From positions 136,084-200,083 of the forward strand of contig CAWIFB010000006.1 in the NCBI GenBank assembly GCA_963835335.1: a stretch of 64,000 bases of DNA, in the 5' to 3' direction. This DNA comes from an uncultured Chloroflexia bacterium (GTDB lineage Bacteria > Chloroflexota > Limnocylindria > Limnocylindrales > CSP1-4). Positions 47,461-57,353 of the stretch are shown here, piece after piece. The notes below the pieces were generated by a model. That model had not been told where the DNA came from. It saw only the letters and a program-made list of their open reading frames with translations, and made no database searches. The stretch's first letter is position 1, and each line of letters opens with the position of its first letter. Position numbers and translations under genes: made by a program.

Positions 47461-48246
47461 TCAGTAGAGGAACGTCGTGTCGGACGGGAACGAGAACCCG
47501 AAGGCCGACGGCGGCAGCGGGGCGTTCGGGGCGTAGCTGGTGACGATCGCGTCCCTGGTGATGCTGCCGGCGATCGACTCCTCGAGCCGCAGGATCACGC
47601 CATCCGCGCGGTCGACGGCGATCCGGACGTGGAAGTCCCGGCGATCCGCGACGACCTCGACCGTTCGTGGATGGTCGCATTCGAGCACGATCGCCTCGCG
47701 GCCGGCCACGTCGGTCGTCCCGGTCACCGCGCAGGTCCCGGTCCCGAGGACGTTCTGGCAGAAGCCCGCGGGATGGACGAACAGGTCGGGCAGGGACTCC
47801 ATCGGGAGCGCCGTCCGCGGGACGTAGACGCGCGAACGACCCGGGAGATCGTGGTCGTCGGCAACGCCCCGGACCATGGGGCGGACCGGGCGCCGCGTCC
47901 CGAGCTTGCGGCTGGCCACGTATGTCTGCACGGTCGTGCCGTCCGAGACCCACACGTCATAGCTGCCCGTCGTGCCATCGGCCGGGATCGACGACAGCAC
48001 CTTGACCTCGCCCGGATGGCGGAGCGCGACCTCGATGAGCGAGAGCTCCTCGCCTCGGGTGTTCCAGGCGTGCTCCTCGATCCGCATCCGCAGCGTTTCG
48101 AACCTGAGCTCCGCATCGCGCATGAACGTGAACAGCTCGTCGACCGTCGGCAGCTCGCGGCGCAGCGCGACGACCTCCGGCTGGGCGCGGCCGGTGACGG
48201 GGACGGGAAGGGACCCAGCGCGGTCCCAGGCGGGCAGGGTGGACAT
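47461..48246 (-). CDS. hypothetical protein
   Basis: 261-aa ORF with good coding appearance. No motif recognised with confidence. Confidence 0.55.
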   Translation of the reverse strand: MSTLPAWDRAGSLPVPVTGRAQPEVVALRRELPTVDELFTFMRDAELRFETLRMRIEEHAWNTRGEELSLIEVALRHPGEVKVLSSIPADGTTGSYDVWVSDGTTVQTYVASRKLGTRRPVRPMVRGVADDHDLPGRSRVYVPRTALPMESLPDLFVHPAGFCQNVLGTGTCAVTGTTDVAGREAIVLECDHPRTVEVVADRRDFHVRIAVDRADGVILRLEESIAGSITRDAIVTSYAPNAPLPPSAFGFSFPSDTTFLY

Positions 48247-48296
48247 CGCGCGGATTGTAACGGGCGATCGGCGGGTGCCGCGCGCCGCTGTCTCGA

Positions 48297-48698
48297 TCAG
48301 GCCCCCTCGACGACGATGCCCATCGCGCGGGCGGCGTCAGCCTGGCGCCGATCGAAGGTCAGCATCACCAGCGGTTGCGGCAGGCGGTCTGCCGCGGCGA
48401 GGTGCAGCGCATCGAGCGTGCGAAGCTGATACCGACAGCCGAGCTCGGATGCCCGCTCGAGGCAGCCAGGGTCGACCGGGACGACATGACAGCGCTCCCA
48501 GTCCTCGCGAAGACCGCGCCATACGGCGGCGTCCTCGCCGCGATCGAAGCCGAGACGGCACAGCGTGATCTCGGCCTCGGCCCGGGCCACGGCGGATGCG
48601 ACCCACTCGGGATCCTCGTCCATCCGCCGAGCGACGAACGGGGAACCCTCCTCCTCGACATACCGCTTGACGAGCGCAGAGGTGTCGAGGAACAGCAT
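48297..48698 (-). CDS. vapC: PIN-domain toxin VapC
   Basis: ATG at 48698 gives MLFLDTSALVKRYVEEEGS...RTLDALHLAAA...LTFDRRQ. Confidence 0.85.
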   Translation of the reverse strand: MLFLDTSALVKRYVEEEGSPFVARRMDEDPEWVASAVARAEAEITLCRLGFDRGEDAAVWRGLREDWERCHVVPVDPGCLERASELGCRYQLRTLDALHLAAADRLPQPLVMLTFDRRQADAARAMGIVVEGA

Positions 48699-48985
48699 CA
48701 GCGCTCGCGCAATGCGGCCAGGACGTCGGCGCTCGATCGGCCCGACGGCGCGGGCACGGGCTTCGGGAGACTCGGCAGCGTCCGGAGTCGGGGCGCGGCC
48801 ACGCCACCGGTCGCGATCAGCTCGTCGAGGCTGGTGGCCCGTTCGGCCGAGCTGACCGGCCCGATCTCGGCCGCCGGGACGCCGTCGACGGTGATGATGA
48901 GCCGCTCGCCGGCGTGCGCGCGCCGCACCACCCGGCTCACCTGGTTCCTCAGCTCCCGGATGGCGATCCGCTCCATGGCCGGCAT
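48698..48985 (-). CDS. Phd/YefM-type antitoxin
   Basis: MPAMERIAIRELRNQVSRVVRRAHAGERLIITVDGVPAAEI. The stop overlaps the VapC start. Confidence 0.8.
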   Translation of the reverse strand: MPAMERIAIRELRNQVSRVVRRAHAGERLIITVDGVPAAEIGPVSSAERATSLDELIATGGVAAPRLRTLPSLPKPVPAPSGRSSADVLAALRER

Positions 48986-49002
48986 CGTAGCACATGGACT
49001 AC

Positions 49003-49047
49003 GCTCGGGTGGTGGTGGCTCGGGTGGTGGTGGCTCGGGTGGTTGTG
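49003..49047. repeat. three tandem copies of a 15-bp unit
   Basis: gctcgggtggtggtg occurs three times (one mismatch in the third copy). It is intergenic, between the antitoxin start and the cupredoxin gene. Confidence 0.8.
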
Positions 49048-49209
49048 GTCGCCGAGGCGCCGTCCGTCGCAACAAGTCCGTGCCGCCGTCCGCCGACCGC
49101 CGTCCGCCACCCCGTAGCCGTCCGCCGGCCGCCGTCCGCCACCCTGCGCACCGGCCGCGCCGCGGAACTCCGCTTGACGCCGCCCCGGAGACCGGGTTCC
49201 CTGTGCGCG

Positions 49210-49594
49210 ATGCGACGAACCGGGCGGCTCCTACCGATGACCCTGCTGGTTGCGATCCTCGTGGCCGGCTGTGGATCCGCGGGTCCGGCGCCGACGGTCG
49301 AGGCATCGTTCGACGGCGCCCAGGTCACGGTCCGGGCCGTCAACGTCGCCTTCGAGCCGGCCGAGATCTCGCTGCCGGCGGGGACACCGCTGCGGATCAT
49401 CCTCGACAACCAGGATTCGGGCGTTCCCGCACGACATCCGGGTGCTCGACGGCGACCGGGAGCTCGCCACCAGCGCGACCATCTCGGGCCCGGGGCAGGC
49501 GGAGGTGCGGTTCGGGCCCCTGCAGGCAGGGAGCTACCGCTTCGTGTGCACGGTGCACCCGAACATGACCGGCACCCTCACCGTCACGCCCTGA
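49210..49594 (+). CDS. cupredoxin-type (plastocyanin/azurin-like) copper lipoprotein, frameshift near 49426-49429
   Basis: MRRTGRLLPMTLLVAILVAGC has a lipobox. Type-1 copper ligands appear after the shift (PHD...FVCTVHPNMTG). An extra base sits in the run gttcccgcac. Confidence 0.75.
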
Positions 49595-49654
49595 CCCGGT
49601 CCGGCCGGACGTGATGGCCCGCCGACCCCGCGGCCCGGGCCTCCCCCAGTCCGG

Positions 49655-51073
49655 TCAGCCGCCGGCGGATGGCCCGCCGAGTCCCGGCTCGGTCATCGCG
49701 GCCGGGTCGAGCAGCACGTCCAGCCGGTCCGGTGCGATCCCCTTCTCGATGGCCAGCTCGCGGATCGTCCGCCCGGACTTGAGCGCCTCCTTGGCCAGGG
49801 CCGCCGCCGCGTCGTAGCCGATCTCCGGTGCCAGCGCGGTCGCCAGCATCAGGCCCTGCTCGACCAGCTTCGGTCCGCGATCCGTCGCCTTGAGCCCGTC
49901 GACGAGTCGCACCCGGAAGTTGCGCGCCGAGGCCGCCAGCAGGGTGATCGACTCGAGCATCGCCTGCGCCGTCACCGGGAGCATCACGTTGAGCTCGAGG
50001 AAGCTGCCGGTCTGGCCGAACGCGACCGTGGCGTCATTGCCCACCACGCGGGCCACCACCATGGTCAGGCTCTCGGCGATCACCGGGTTCACCTTGCCGG
50101 GCATGATCGACGAGCCGGGCTGGGTCTCCGGCAGCGCCAGCTCGCCGAGGCCCGCGCGCGGGCCCATGCCCATGTACCGGATGTCCGAGGCGATCTTCCA
50201 CAGCCCGAGGGCGATGGCGCGCAACCCGCCATGCGCCGCGATCGCCGCATCCAGGGTCGCCTGCGCGTGGAAATGGTTGCCCGCCTCACGGACCTGGAGA
50301 CCGGTCAGCTCCGACAGGTGCACGCATGCCCGCGCCGCGTACTCGGGGTGGGCGTTGATGCCCGTGCCGACGGCGGTGCCGCCGAGGGGCACCGTGAGCA
50401 GCTCGTCGCGCGCGGCCTGCGCCCGCCGGATCGCCTCCTCCACCTGGCCCGCGTACCCCGCGAACTCCTGGCCAAGGCGGATCGGCGTCGCATCCTGGAG
50501 GTGCGTCCGTCCCGTCTTGACGACGTCCCAGAACTCGTCCGACTTCGTGGCCAGGGAGCGCTGAAGCGCGACGAGCGCCGGGATGAGCTCGTCCTCGATC
50601 GCGACCGCGGCGGCCAGCTGGAGCGCCGTGGGGATCGTGTCGTTCGAGCTCTGGCACTTGTTGACGTCATCGTTGGGGTGGACCTTCGCCCCGCCGAGGC
50701 GGGCCGACGCGATGTGGGCGATGACCTCGTTCATGTTGGTGTTGGTCGAGGTGCCCGATCCGGTCTGGTAGACGTCGATGGGGAACTGCTCATCGTGCCG
50801 GCCCGCGGCGACCTCGCGAGCGGCGGCGACGATCGCCTGTGCCGTCGCGGCGTCGATCAGTCCCAGGCCCGCGTTGGTCTCGGCGGCCGCCTGCTTGACG
50901 AGCGCCAGGGCGCGCAGGAGGCGACGCGGCATCCGCTGCCCCGAGATCGGGAAGTTGACCACGGCGCGCTGGGTCGACGCCCCGTACAGGGCGTTCACGG
51001 GGACCTCCATCTCGCCCATGGAGTCGCGCTCGATCCGGGTCGCCGGGGCGGCGGCAGCCTTCTCTGTATCCAT
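49655..51073 (-). CDS. fumC: class II fumarate hydratase (fumarase/aspartase family)
   Basis: ATG at 51073. STQRAVVNFPISG and the signature GSSIMPGKVNPVIAESL. The N-terminal pattern is closer to actinobacterial fumarases than to AspA. Confidence 0.8.
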   Translation of the reverse strand: MDTEKAAAAPATRIERDSMGEMEVPVNALYGASTQRAVVNFPISGQRMPRRLLRALALVKQAAAETNAGLGLIDAATAQAIVAAAREVAAGRHDEQFPIDVYQTGSGTSTNTNMNEVIAHIASARLGGAKVHPNDDVNKCQSSNDTIPTALQLAAAVAIEDELIPALVALQRSLATKSDEFWDVVKTGRTHLQDATPIRLGQEFAGYAGQVEEAIRRAQAARDELLTVPLGGTAVGTGINAHPEYAARACVHLSELTGLQVREAGNHFHAQATLDAAIAAHGGLRAIALGLWKIASDIRYMGMGPRAGLGELALPETQPGSSIMPGKVNPVIAESLTMVVARVVGNDATVAFGQTGSFLELNVMLPVTAQAMLESITLLAASARNFRVRLVDGLKATDRGPKLVEQGLMLATALAPEIGYDAAAALAKEALKSGRTIRELAIEKGIAPDRLDVLLDPAAMTEPGLGGPSAGG

Positions 51074-51164
51074 GCGCCGATGGTACGGCGATGGTCGAGC
51101 GGACGAGACGGGCCGGATGGCCCGCGTTGGCTGGCGACCGGCGAGCCCACCGTATGCTGGGTGC

Positions 51165-51701
51165 GTGAACGTCACGACCGGCGACTTCCGGACCATCATC
51201 GGCCAGTTTGCGACCGGCGTGACCGTCGTGACGGCCATGGACGGCGACCGGCCACAGGGCATCACCGTCAATGCCATGGCGTCGGTCAGCCTCGAGCCGC
51301 CACTGGTGATGGTCGCGCTCGATCGGAAGCGGTTCATCGTCCCGATGATCGATGCCACCCAGCTGTTCGCGATCAACATCCTGCACGAGGGCCAGCTGTG
51401 GCTCTCCGACTGCTTCGCCGGTGCCAACGTCAGCCCCGGCAGGGATGCGTTCTGCGGCGCGGAGTGGCGCCCGGGCGCGACCGGGCTGCCGTTGCTGGCG
51501 GGCGCGATCGCGTCGATGGAGTGCGCGGTCATCGATCGCTTCACCGTCGGCGATCACCACCTGTACGTGGGCCGGGTGGACGCACTGTCGCTCGACGACC
51601 CCGACGCGCCGCCGCTGCTCTACCACCGCCGCCGGTACCTGCGGATCGAGCGGGCGACCACCGCCACGGTGGCAGGCAAGCCCGAATCACCGGCCGGCTG
51701 A
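51165..51701 (+). CDS. flavin reductase (FMN-binding split-barrel, HpaC-like)
   Basis: GTG at 51165. FRTIIGQFATGVTVVTAMDGDRPQGITVNAMASVSLEPPLVMVAL...GDHHLYVGRV. Confidence 0.85.
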   Translation: MNVTTGDFRTIIGQFATGVTVVTAMDGDRPQGITVNAMASVSLEPPLVMVALDRKRFIVPMIDATQLFAINILHEGQLWLSDCFAGANVSPGRDAFCGAEWRPGATGLPLLAGAIASMECAVIDRFTVGDHHLYVGRVDALSLDDPDAPPLLYHRRRYLRIERATTATVAGKPESPAG

Positions 51702-51717
51702 GCGCGGGCTGCCGACG

Positions 51718-52617
51718 ATGCCGTACGTCCGGGCGAACGGTCTGGAGATCGGGTACGAGGTCGAGGGTGCCGGCCCGCCGCTGATCCTGCTCCACGGGGC
51801 CACGTCGTCCGGGCGGGAGGACTTCGCGGCGCAGCTCCCGCTGCTGCGGCGGGCGTTCCGCTGCTTCGTGCCGGACGCGCGCGGGCATGCGTCGACCCGC
51901 TGGAACGTGGACGACGGCTTCCGCTACGAATGGCTGGTCGACGACCTGGCCGCGTTCTCCACCGCGCTGGGCCTCGCGACGTTCCACCTGGTCGGCTTCT
52001 CGATGGGCGGCGCGACCGCCCTGGGGTTTGCGGTCCGGAGCCCCGAGCGCCTGCGGACGCTCGTGCTGGCGGGCATCTCGAACGACCGGGAGCCGCGCGC
52101 CTCGGTCGCGCGCAGGCTGTTCGATCCGCGCCGCATCCGGCTGCGGGACCCGGAGTGGGCCCGCGCCCTGGCACGGCGGCACGACCCCGTCCAGGGCGAG
52201 GGGGCGTGGGAGCGGTTGCTGCCGGCGATCGCGCGGGACGTCGCGGCGCAGGATCTTCCCGGCCCGGGCGACCTGCGGCGGATCGATGCACCCACGATGG
52301 TCGTGGTGGGCGACCGCGATCCGTTCGTGCCGGTGGATCGCGCCTGGGCGCTGCGACGCCAGCTGCCCGACGCGCGGCTGCTGGTGGTCCCCGACTGCGG
52401 GCACGAGGTGGCGCGCCGCAGGCCGGCGCTGTTCAACGAGGCCCTGGCCGGCTTCTATCGATCGACGGAGCCGGTCGCGCGACGCCGCGCGGAGGCGCCC
52501 GCGGGCGCCGGCCGGACGACCCCGCTGGGACGCGCCGATGGCTGGACGTCATCGCTCGGTGACACCGGCGCCGCGGCCGTGCCGGACGTGGACTGGTTGG
52601 AGGAGGCATCACGATGA
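51718..52617 (+). CDS. alpha/beta hydrolase
   Basis: LILLHGATSS...HLVGFSMGGATAL...VVGDRDPFV...CGHEV supplies the catalytic triad context. Confidence 0.85.
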   Translation: MPYVRANGLEIGYEVEGAGPPLILLHGATSSGREDFAAQLPLLRRAFRCFVPDARGHASTRWNVDDGFRYEWLVDDLAAFSTALGLATFHLVGFSMGGATALGFAVRSPERLRTLVLAGISNDREPRASVARRLFDPRRIRLRDPEWARALARRHDPVQGEGAWERLLPAIARDVAAQDLPGPGDLRRIDAPTMVVVGDRDPFVPVDRAWALRRQLPDARLLVVPDCGHEVARRRPALFNEALAGFYRSTEPVARRRAEAPAGAGRTTPLGRADGWTSSLGDTGAAAVPDVDWLEEASR

Positions 52618-53429
52618 CCGACGACGTACCCGCGCGCGAGGACCGGCCGTTGATCAGGGTCGACATGCCCGGCGGCGACCCGCCGCGTGACGGCGTGGCG
52701 CTTGTGACCCTGGACCGGCCCGACGCGCTCAACGCGCTCTCGTTCGCGCTGCTGGCCGAGCTCGATACCGTGCTCGCCGTCCTGGACGACGACGATGCGT
52801 GCCGGGCGATCGTGATCACCGGGGGCGACCGGGCGTTCGCCGCCGGTGCGGACGTGCGCGAGCTCGCCGCCGAGACCCCGGACAGCCTGCGCGCGGACGA
52901 TCCGTTCTCCGTCATCGACCGCGTGGGTCGCCTGCGGACGCCCACGATCGCGGCGGTGCGCGGGTTCGCGCTCGGCGGCGGCGCGGAGCTGGCAATGGCG
53001 TGCGACATGATCATCGCCGGCGACAACGCCAGGTTCGGCCAGCCCGAGATCCTGCTGGGCGTGATCCCCGGTGCGGGCGGCACCCAGCGGCTCACGCGTG
53101 CCGTCGGGCGCGCCCGGGCCATGGAGATGGTGCTGACCGGCCGCCGGATCGACGCCACGGAGGCGGAGCGGATCGGCCTGGTCACACGCGTCGTGCCCGC
53201 CGCCGACGTGATCGCATCGGCCCTGGACCTGGCCACGCTGATCGCCGCGATGCCGCCACTGGCGGTGCGCGCCGCGAAGGCCGCGGTCAATGCCGCACAG
53301 ACGCTGCCGCTGGGCGATGGCCTGCGGCTGGAGCGTGACCGGTTCGAGGAGCTGTTCGCGACCGAGGACCAGCGGGAGGGGATGATCGCCTTCCTCGAGA
53401 AGCGCGCGGCGGTCTGGAAGGGGCGCTGA
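52614..53429 (+). CDS. enoyl-CoA hydratase/isomerase (crotonase) family
   Basis: ATGA overlap with the upstream gene. LDRPDALNALS...ITGGDRAFAAGADVREL...GGGAELAMACD...GQPEILLGVIPGAGGTQRL. Confidence 0.9.
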   Translation: MTDDVPAREDRPLIRVDMPGGDPPRDGVALVTLDRPDALNALSFALLAELDTVLAVLDDDDACRAIVITGGDRAFAAGADVRELAAETPDSLRADDPFSVIDRVGRLRTPTIAAVRGFALGGGAELAMACDMIIAGDNARFGQPEILLGVIPGAGGTQRLTRAVGRARAMEMVLTGRRIDATEAERIGLVTRVVPAADVIASALDLATLIAAMPPLAVRAAKAAVNAAQTLPLGDGLRLERDRFEELFATEDQREGMIAFLEKRAAVWKGR

Positions 53430-53462
53430 CGCCGGGAACCGCTCGCGTGCCACAATCGACGC

Positions 53463-54691
53463 ATGGCTCGAGACCTGCATCGCCCGCTCCGCGAAGCCTG
53501 GATCATCGACGCCGTGCGCACGCCCATCGGGCGCTACGGTGGCGCGCTCGCGACCGTCCGCCCGGACGACCTCGCGGCCATCGTGATCCGCGCGATCATT
53601 GATCGCAGCGGCATCGAGCCGGGCATCGTGGAGGACGTCATCCTCGGCTGCGCCAACCAGGCCGGGGAGGACAATCGCAACGTGGCCCGCATGGCCGGGC
53701 TGCTCGCCGGGCTGCCGGTCGAGGTGGCGGGCCAGACCGTCAACCGGCTGTGCGGCTCCGGGCTCCAGGCGATCAACGCGGCCGCGCACGCGATCGGCGC
53801 CGATGACGGCGATGTGTTCGTGGCGGGCGGGGTCGAATCGATGAGCCGCGCGCCGTACGTGATGCTCAAGCCCGAGGGCGCGTTCGCGCGCGGATCCCGT
53901 GCGCTGGAGGACTCGACGCTCGGCTGGCGGTTCGTCAACCCCCGGATGCAGGAGGCGTACCCGCCGATCTCGCTGGGCGAGACCGCCGAATGCGTCGCGG
54001 ACCAGCAGGCCGTGCCGCGGGATCGGCAGGACGCGTTCGCGCTCGAGAGCCAGCGGCGGGCCGTCGCGGCCATCGAGGCGGGACGGTTCGCGTCGCAGCT
54101 GGTTCCCGTGCCGGTCGCCGGGCGAAAGGGCGCAATCACGGTGGTCGACCGTGACGAGCACCCGCGCTCGGACACCTCGATCGAGGCGCTGGCGGCGCTC
54201 AAGCCCGCCTTCCGGCCGGGCGGCACCGTCACCGCGGGCAACAGCTCCGGGATCAACGACGGCGCCGCCGCGCTGCTGCTGGTCGAGGCGGAGCGCGGGC
54301 GCGCGCTCGGGCTGCGACCGATGGCGCGCGTCGTGGCCACGGCGGTTGCGGGCGTCCACCCGACGTGATGGGGATGGGCCCGGTGCCCGCGGTGCGCAAG
54401 GTCCTCGCGCGGGCGGGGCTGGCGGTCCCGGACATCGACGTCGTCGAGATCAACGAGGCGTTTGCCAGCCAGTCGGTCGCCTGCATGGACGAGCTCGGCC
54501 TCGATCCGGCGCGGGTGAACCCCAACGGCGGAGCGATCGCGCTGGGACACCCGCTGGGCGCCTCCGGTGCGCGGCTGATGACGATGCTGGTCCACGAGCT
54601 GGTCCGGACGGGCGGCCGCTACGGGCTGGCGACGATGTGCATCGGGGTGGGACAGGGGATCGCGACGGTCGTCGAGCGCATCGACGGGTAG
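53463..54691 (+). CDS. acetyl-CoA C-acyltransferase (thiolase), frameshift near 54362
   Basis: [10 protein letters not shown], active-site [11 protein letters not shown]-terminal [20 protein letters not shown] and CIGVGQG. The ORF is split at GVHP|[10 protein letters not shown] (53463..54368 and 54365..54691). One G appears to be missing. Confidence 0.85.
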
Positions 54692-54860
54692 CGCGCTCCG
54701 CACTCGCCGCGGCGTTGCCCAACCGCGGGGCGTTGTGCCGCCGGGAGCTGCGGGTGATTTTGGCGCAGGTGCTGGACGAAATCCGTTGCCTTGCGTACGA
54801 TCGTCGGGTTCACGCACCGGGTGGGTGCGGGACCTGCGACCCTCGAAGGAGAATCCACTC

Positions 54861-55241
54861 ATGATCGACGCCCAGCCGACGATCGTCTCGCTGACCGACG
54901 CGGCAGCCACGAAGCTGCGCGAGCTCACGAAGGACGAGACGAGCCCCGACATCGGCCTGCGCGTGTACGTGTACTCGGGCGGCTGCTCGGGCTACAAGTA
55001 CGGGATGATGCTCGAGGATCAGCCCACCGCAGACGACAACGTGCTCAGCACGAATGGCGTCCGCGTCTACATCGACGGCAACAGCGTGCCCTTGATCGAG
55101 GGCAGCCAGATCGACTACGTCGACACCCTCATGGGCGCCGGCTTCACGGTCAACAACCCGAAGGCCGTGTCGGGCTGCGGCTGCGGGTCGAGCTTCCGGA
55201 CGGATTCGGACGCCGGCCAGGCCAGGAGCTGCGCGCACTGA
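54861..55241 (+). CDS. iron-sulfur cluster insertion protein (HesB/IscA/ErpA family)
   Basis: ATG at 54861 after GAAGGAG. LRVYVYSGGCSGYKYGM...CGCGSSF. Confidence 0.9.
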   Translation: MIDAQPTIVSLTDAAATKLRELTKDETSPDIGLRVYVYSGGCSGYKYGMMLEDQPTADDNVLSTNGVRVYIDGNSVPLIEGSQIDYVDTLMGAGFTVNNPKAVSGCGCGSSFRTDSDAGQARSCAH

Positions 55242-55289
55242 CGTCGCTCCGGACCCGGGACCAGCGGGCCTGACCCGCCCGCCAGACAC

Positions 55290-55320
55290 GAAGCCGCCGG
55301 TCTCCGGCGGCTTCTCGATT
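55290..55320 (+). terminator. intrinsic terminator after the IscA/ErpA-type gene
   Basis: gaagccgccgg-tct-ccggcggcttc followed by tcgatt. Confidence 0.7.
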
Positions 55321-55392
55321 CGCGGGCCTGGGGCGGGATCTCGACACCCGGAGGGTGCCCTGCCTCGCCGCTCGTCCTATGCTGCGGTCGAG

Positions 55393-56154
55393 ATGCAGAT
55401 CCCGCTGTTCCCGCTCCGAACCGTCCTCGCGCCGGGGATCGCCCTGCCGCTCCACATCTTCGAGCCGCGCTACCGCGCTCTCGTCCGGCACTGCCTGGAT
55501 ACGGAATCGCCGTTCGGCGTCGTGATGATCCGCGAAGGCAGCGAGGTGGGACCCGTGGACGGCGAGCCGCAGGAGCTCTCGATCGCCGCCGTCGGGACCC
55601 TGGCGGAGATCCGCGAGGCGAACCGCTACCCGGACGGGCGCTGGGACCTGCTGGTCGTCGGTGGCCGCCGGTTCATGGTGGTCGACGTCGACGGAGACTC
55701 CGAGCCCTACCTCGTGGCCGAGGTCGATCCGATCGACGATGCCGTGGGCAATGCCGCCGTAGCCGACGCGCTCGCGCAGCGCGTCTCCGCCCGCTTCGTC
55801 GAGTACCTCCGGCTGCTCCAGCCCCGCGACGGCGAGGCGGCGGAGCCGATCGACGTCCAGGTCGAGGTCGAAGTGCCCGCGACCGACGACGACGAGGCGC
55901 CGTCCCCGGGTGGCGGGCCGGGCGAGCTCGCGGCTGCGCTGCGCATCCCCGACGACCCGTCGGCGCTGTCGTTCCTGCTCACCGGGATCGTCCAGGTGGA
56001 GCTGGACCGCAAGCAGGCGCTGCTGGAGGCCGTGAGCGCCGAGCGCCGGCTCCGGGACCTCGACGACCTGCTCGATCGCGAGCTGCTGCTGCTCGCCAAC
56101 CGGCTTGCGCCGTTCGCGCCGGACCGGACGGGCATCGCCAACCGGGCGAACTGA
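55393..56154 (+). CDS. LON substrate-binding (Lon N-terminal) domain protein
   Basis: MQIPLFPLRTVLAPGIALPLHIFEPRYRALV...FGVVMIREG is a typical LON-N/PUA-like domain. Confidence 0.85.
   Translation: MQIPLFPLRTVLAPGIALPLHIFEPRYRALVRHCLDTESPFGVVMIREGSEVGPVDGEPQELSIAAVGTLAEIREANRYPDGRWDLLVVGGRRFMVVDVDGDSEPYLVAEVDPIDDAVGNAAVADALAQRVSARFVEYLRLLQPRDGEAAEPIDVQVEVEVPATDDDEAPSPGGGPGELAAALRIPDDPSALSFLLTGIVQVELDRKQALLEAVSAERRLRDLDDLLDRELLLLANRLAPFAPDRTGIANRAN
55954..56001 (+). repeat. 48-bp direct repeat, copy A (inside the Lon-N gene)
   Basis: gacccgtcggcgctgtcgttcctgctcaccgggatcgtccaggtggag is 47/48 identical to 60383-60430. Confidence 0.9.
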
Positions 56155-56220
56155 GCCCTTCAGACGGCGATCACGCCCCGGCCGAGGCCGGAGCGTGATC
56201 GCATGCTGGTGCCGCCGGGG

Positions 56221-56781
56221 TCAGGCGCCCGGACAGCTCACCGACGGGTTCCACTCACTGAACAGGCCGAGCGGATTCGGCTGCCACAGCCAGACGTGGA
56301 GCTCGTAGAAGTCCGGCAGACCGAACTCGTTCGGCGCCGGGACAAACTCCAGCGGGTGGCCGAGGACCGAAGGCGCCTCCTGCCCCTGCCAGGATGCTGC
56401 GATCACCAGGTACTCCACCGCCACGAGCCGCATCTCGCCCCCGCGGAGCGGCTCGTAGACGAGCGCCTCCGGCTTGAGGGGGTCGACCGTGCCGTCGGCG
56501 ACGCTCGAGAAGTCGACGTAGTGGATGCCCATGCCGCCGGTCGTGTCGGAGAAGCACCCCGGGAACAGCCCATAGCCGGCCGCCTCCGCGGCTGAAAGGT
56601 CGTGATACGCCGCCGTGGCAGCGCGGACGCCCGCGACGGTGGCCTGGTCAGCGCCCGAGGTGAGGGTTGTCGCCAGTGCCGGCGGGGCACCGACCGACAG
56701 GGCGAGAATGCCGGCCAGAGCTGCCGGTCGCAGCCGCCCGGGAATGCCGAGCAGGTGCTGGGCGCGGGACGCGATCTTCAC
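56221..56781 (-). CDS. secreted hypothetical protein
   Basis: GTG at 56781 gives VKIASRAQHLLGIPGRLRPAALAGILALSVGAPPALA (signal peptide). No family recognised. Confidence 0.6.
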   Translation of the reverse strand: MKIASRAQHLLGIPGRLRPAALAGILALSVGAPPALATTLTSGADQATVAGVRAATAAYHDLSAAEAAGYGLFPGCFSDTTGGMGIHYVDFSSVADGTVDPLKPEALVYEPLRGGEMRLVAVEYLVIAASWQGQEAPSVLGHPLEFVPAPNEFGLPDFYELHVWLWQPNPLGLFSEWNPSVSCPGA

Positions 56782-56889
56782 ATCACACCTCCACGTGAAG
56801 CTTGTGGGCCGAGTCGAGCGCCCGGGGAGACCATGCGGCAACGATGCCGCGGCGCGACCCGGCAAGACCGACCTGATCTGAGACGGGCA

Positions 56890-57207
56890 CTACGGCCTTC
56901 CCTCGGCCGGAAGGTTGTTCTCGAAGAACTGGTAGATCGTGACGGTCGCCCCCTGGGCCTCGGCCATCGCCTCGGGCAGCGGGAAGGCGCAGACGTAGCC
57001 GTCGCCGTTGCCGCCGTTGGCCGGATCGTCGAGATGGCCCGGGAGGCCGTACGGTCCCTGCGATTCGAGCCACGCGACCGAGATCAGGTCGGTGGAGGCC
57101 GGGCATCCGTCGTCGACGGGGTTCGCGGCGAACACCGGCGCGGCGGACATGGCCAGCCCGATGGCGGCGGTCGCGAGGAACGCCGGCACGCGGAGTCGTG
57201 AACGCAT
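56890..57207 (-). CDS. small secreted hypothetical protein
   Basis: MRSRLRVPAFLATAAIGLAMSAAPVFA (signal peptide). RBS AAAGGAGAG upstream. Cys pair and a GNGDGYVC motif. Confidence 0.65.
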   Translation of the reverse strand: MRSRLRVPAFLATAAIGLAMSAAPVFAANPVDDGCPASTDLISVAWLESQGPYGLPGHLDDPANGGNGDGYVCAFPLPEAMAEAQGATVTIYQFFENNLPAEGRP

Positions 57208-57353
57208 CGTGAGCTCTCCTTTCGGTCGGTCAGTCGGTCCCGCAGCAGCGGAGCGGGGCCGTCATTCGTGCTGCCGACGTCCGTGGTTCGAGGATCACCC
57301 CACGACGGACCAGGCGCATCGGACGAGCTCCCCAACTTGCGCCAGCCGATGCC

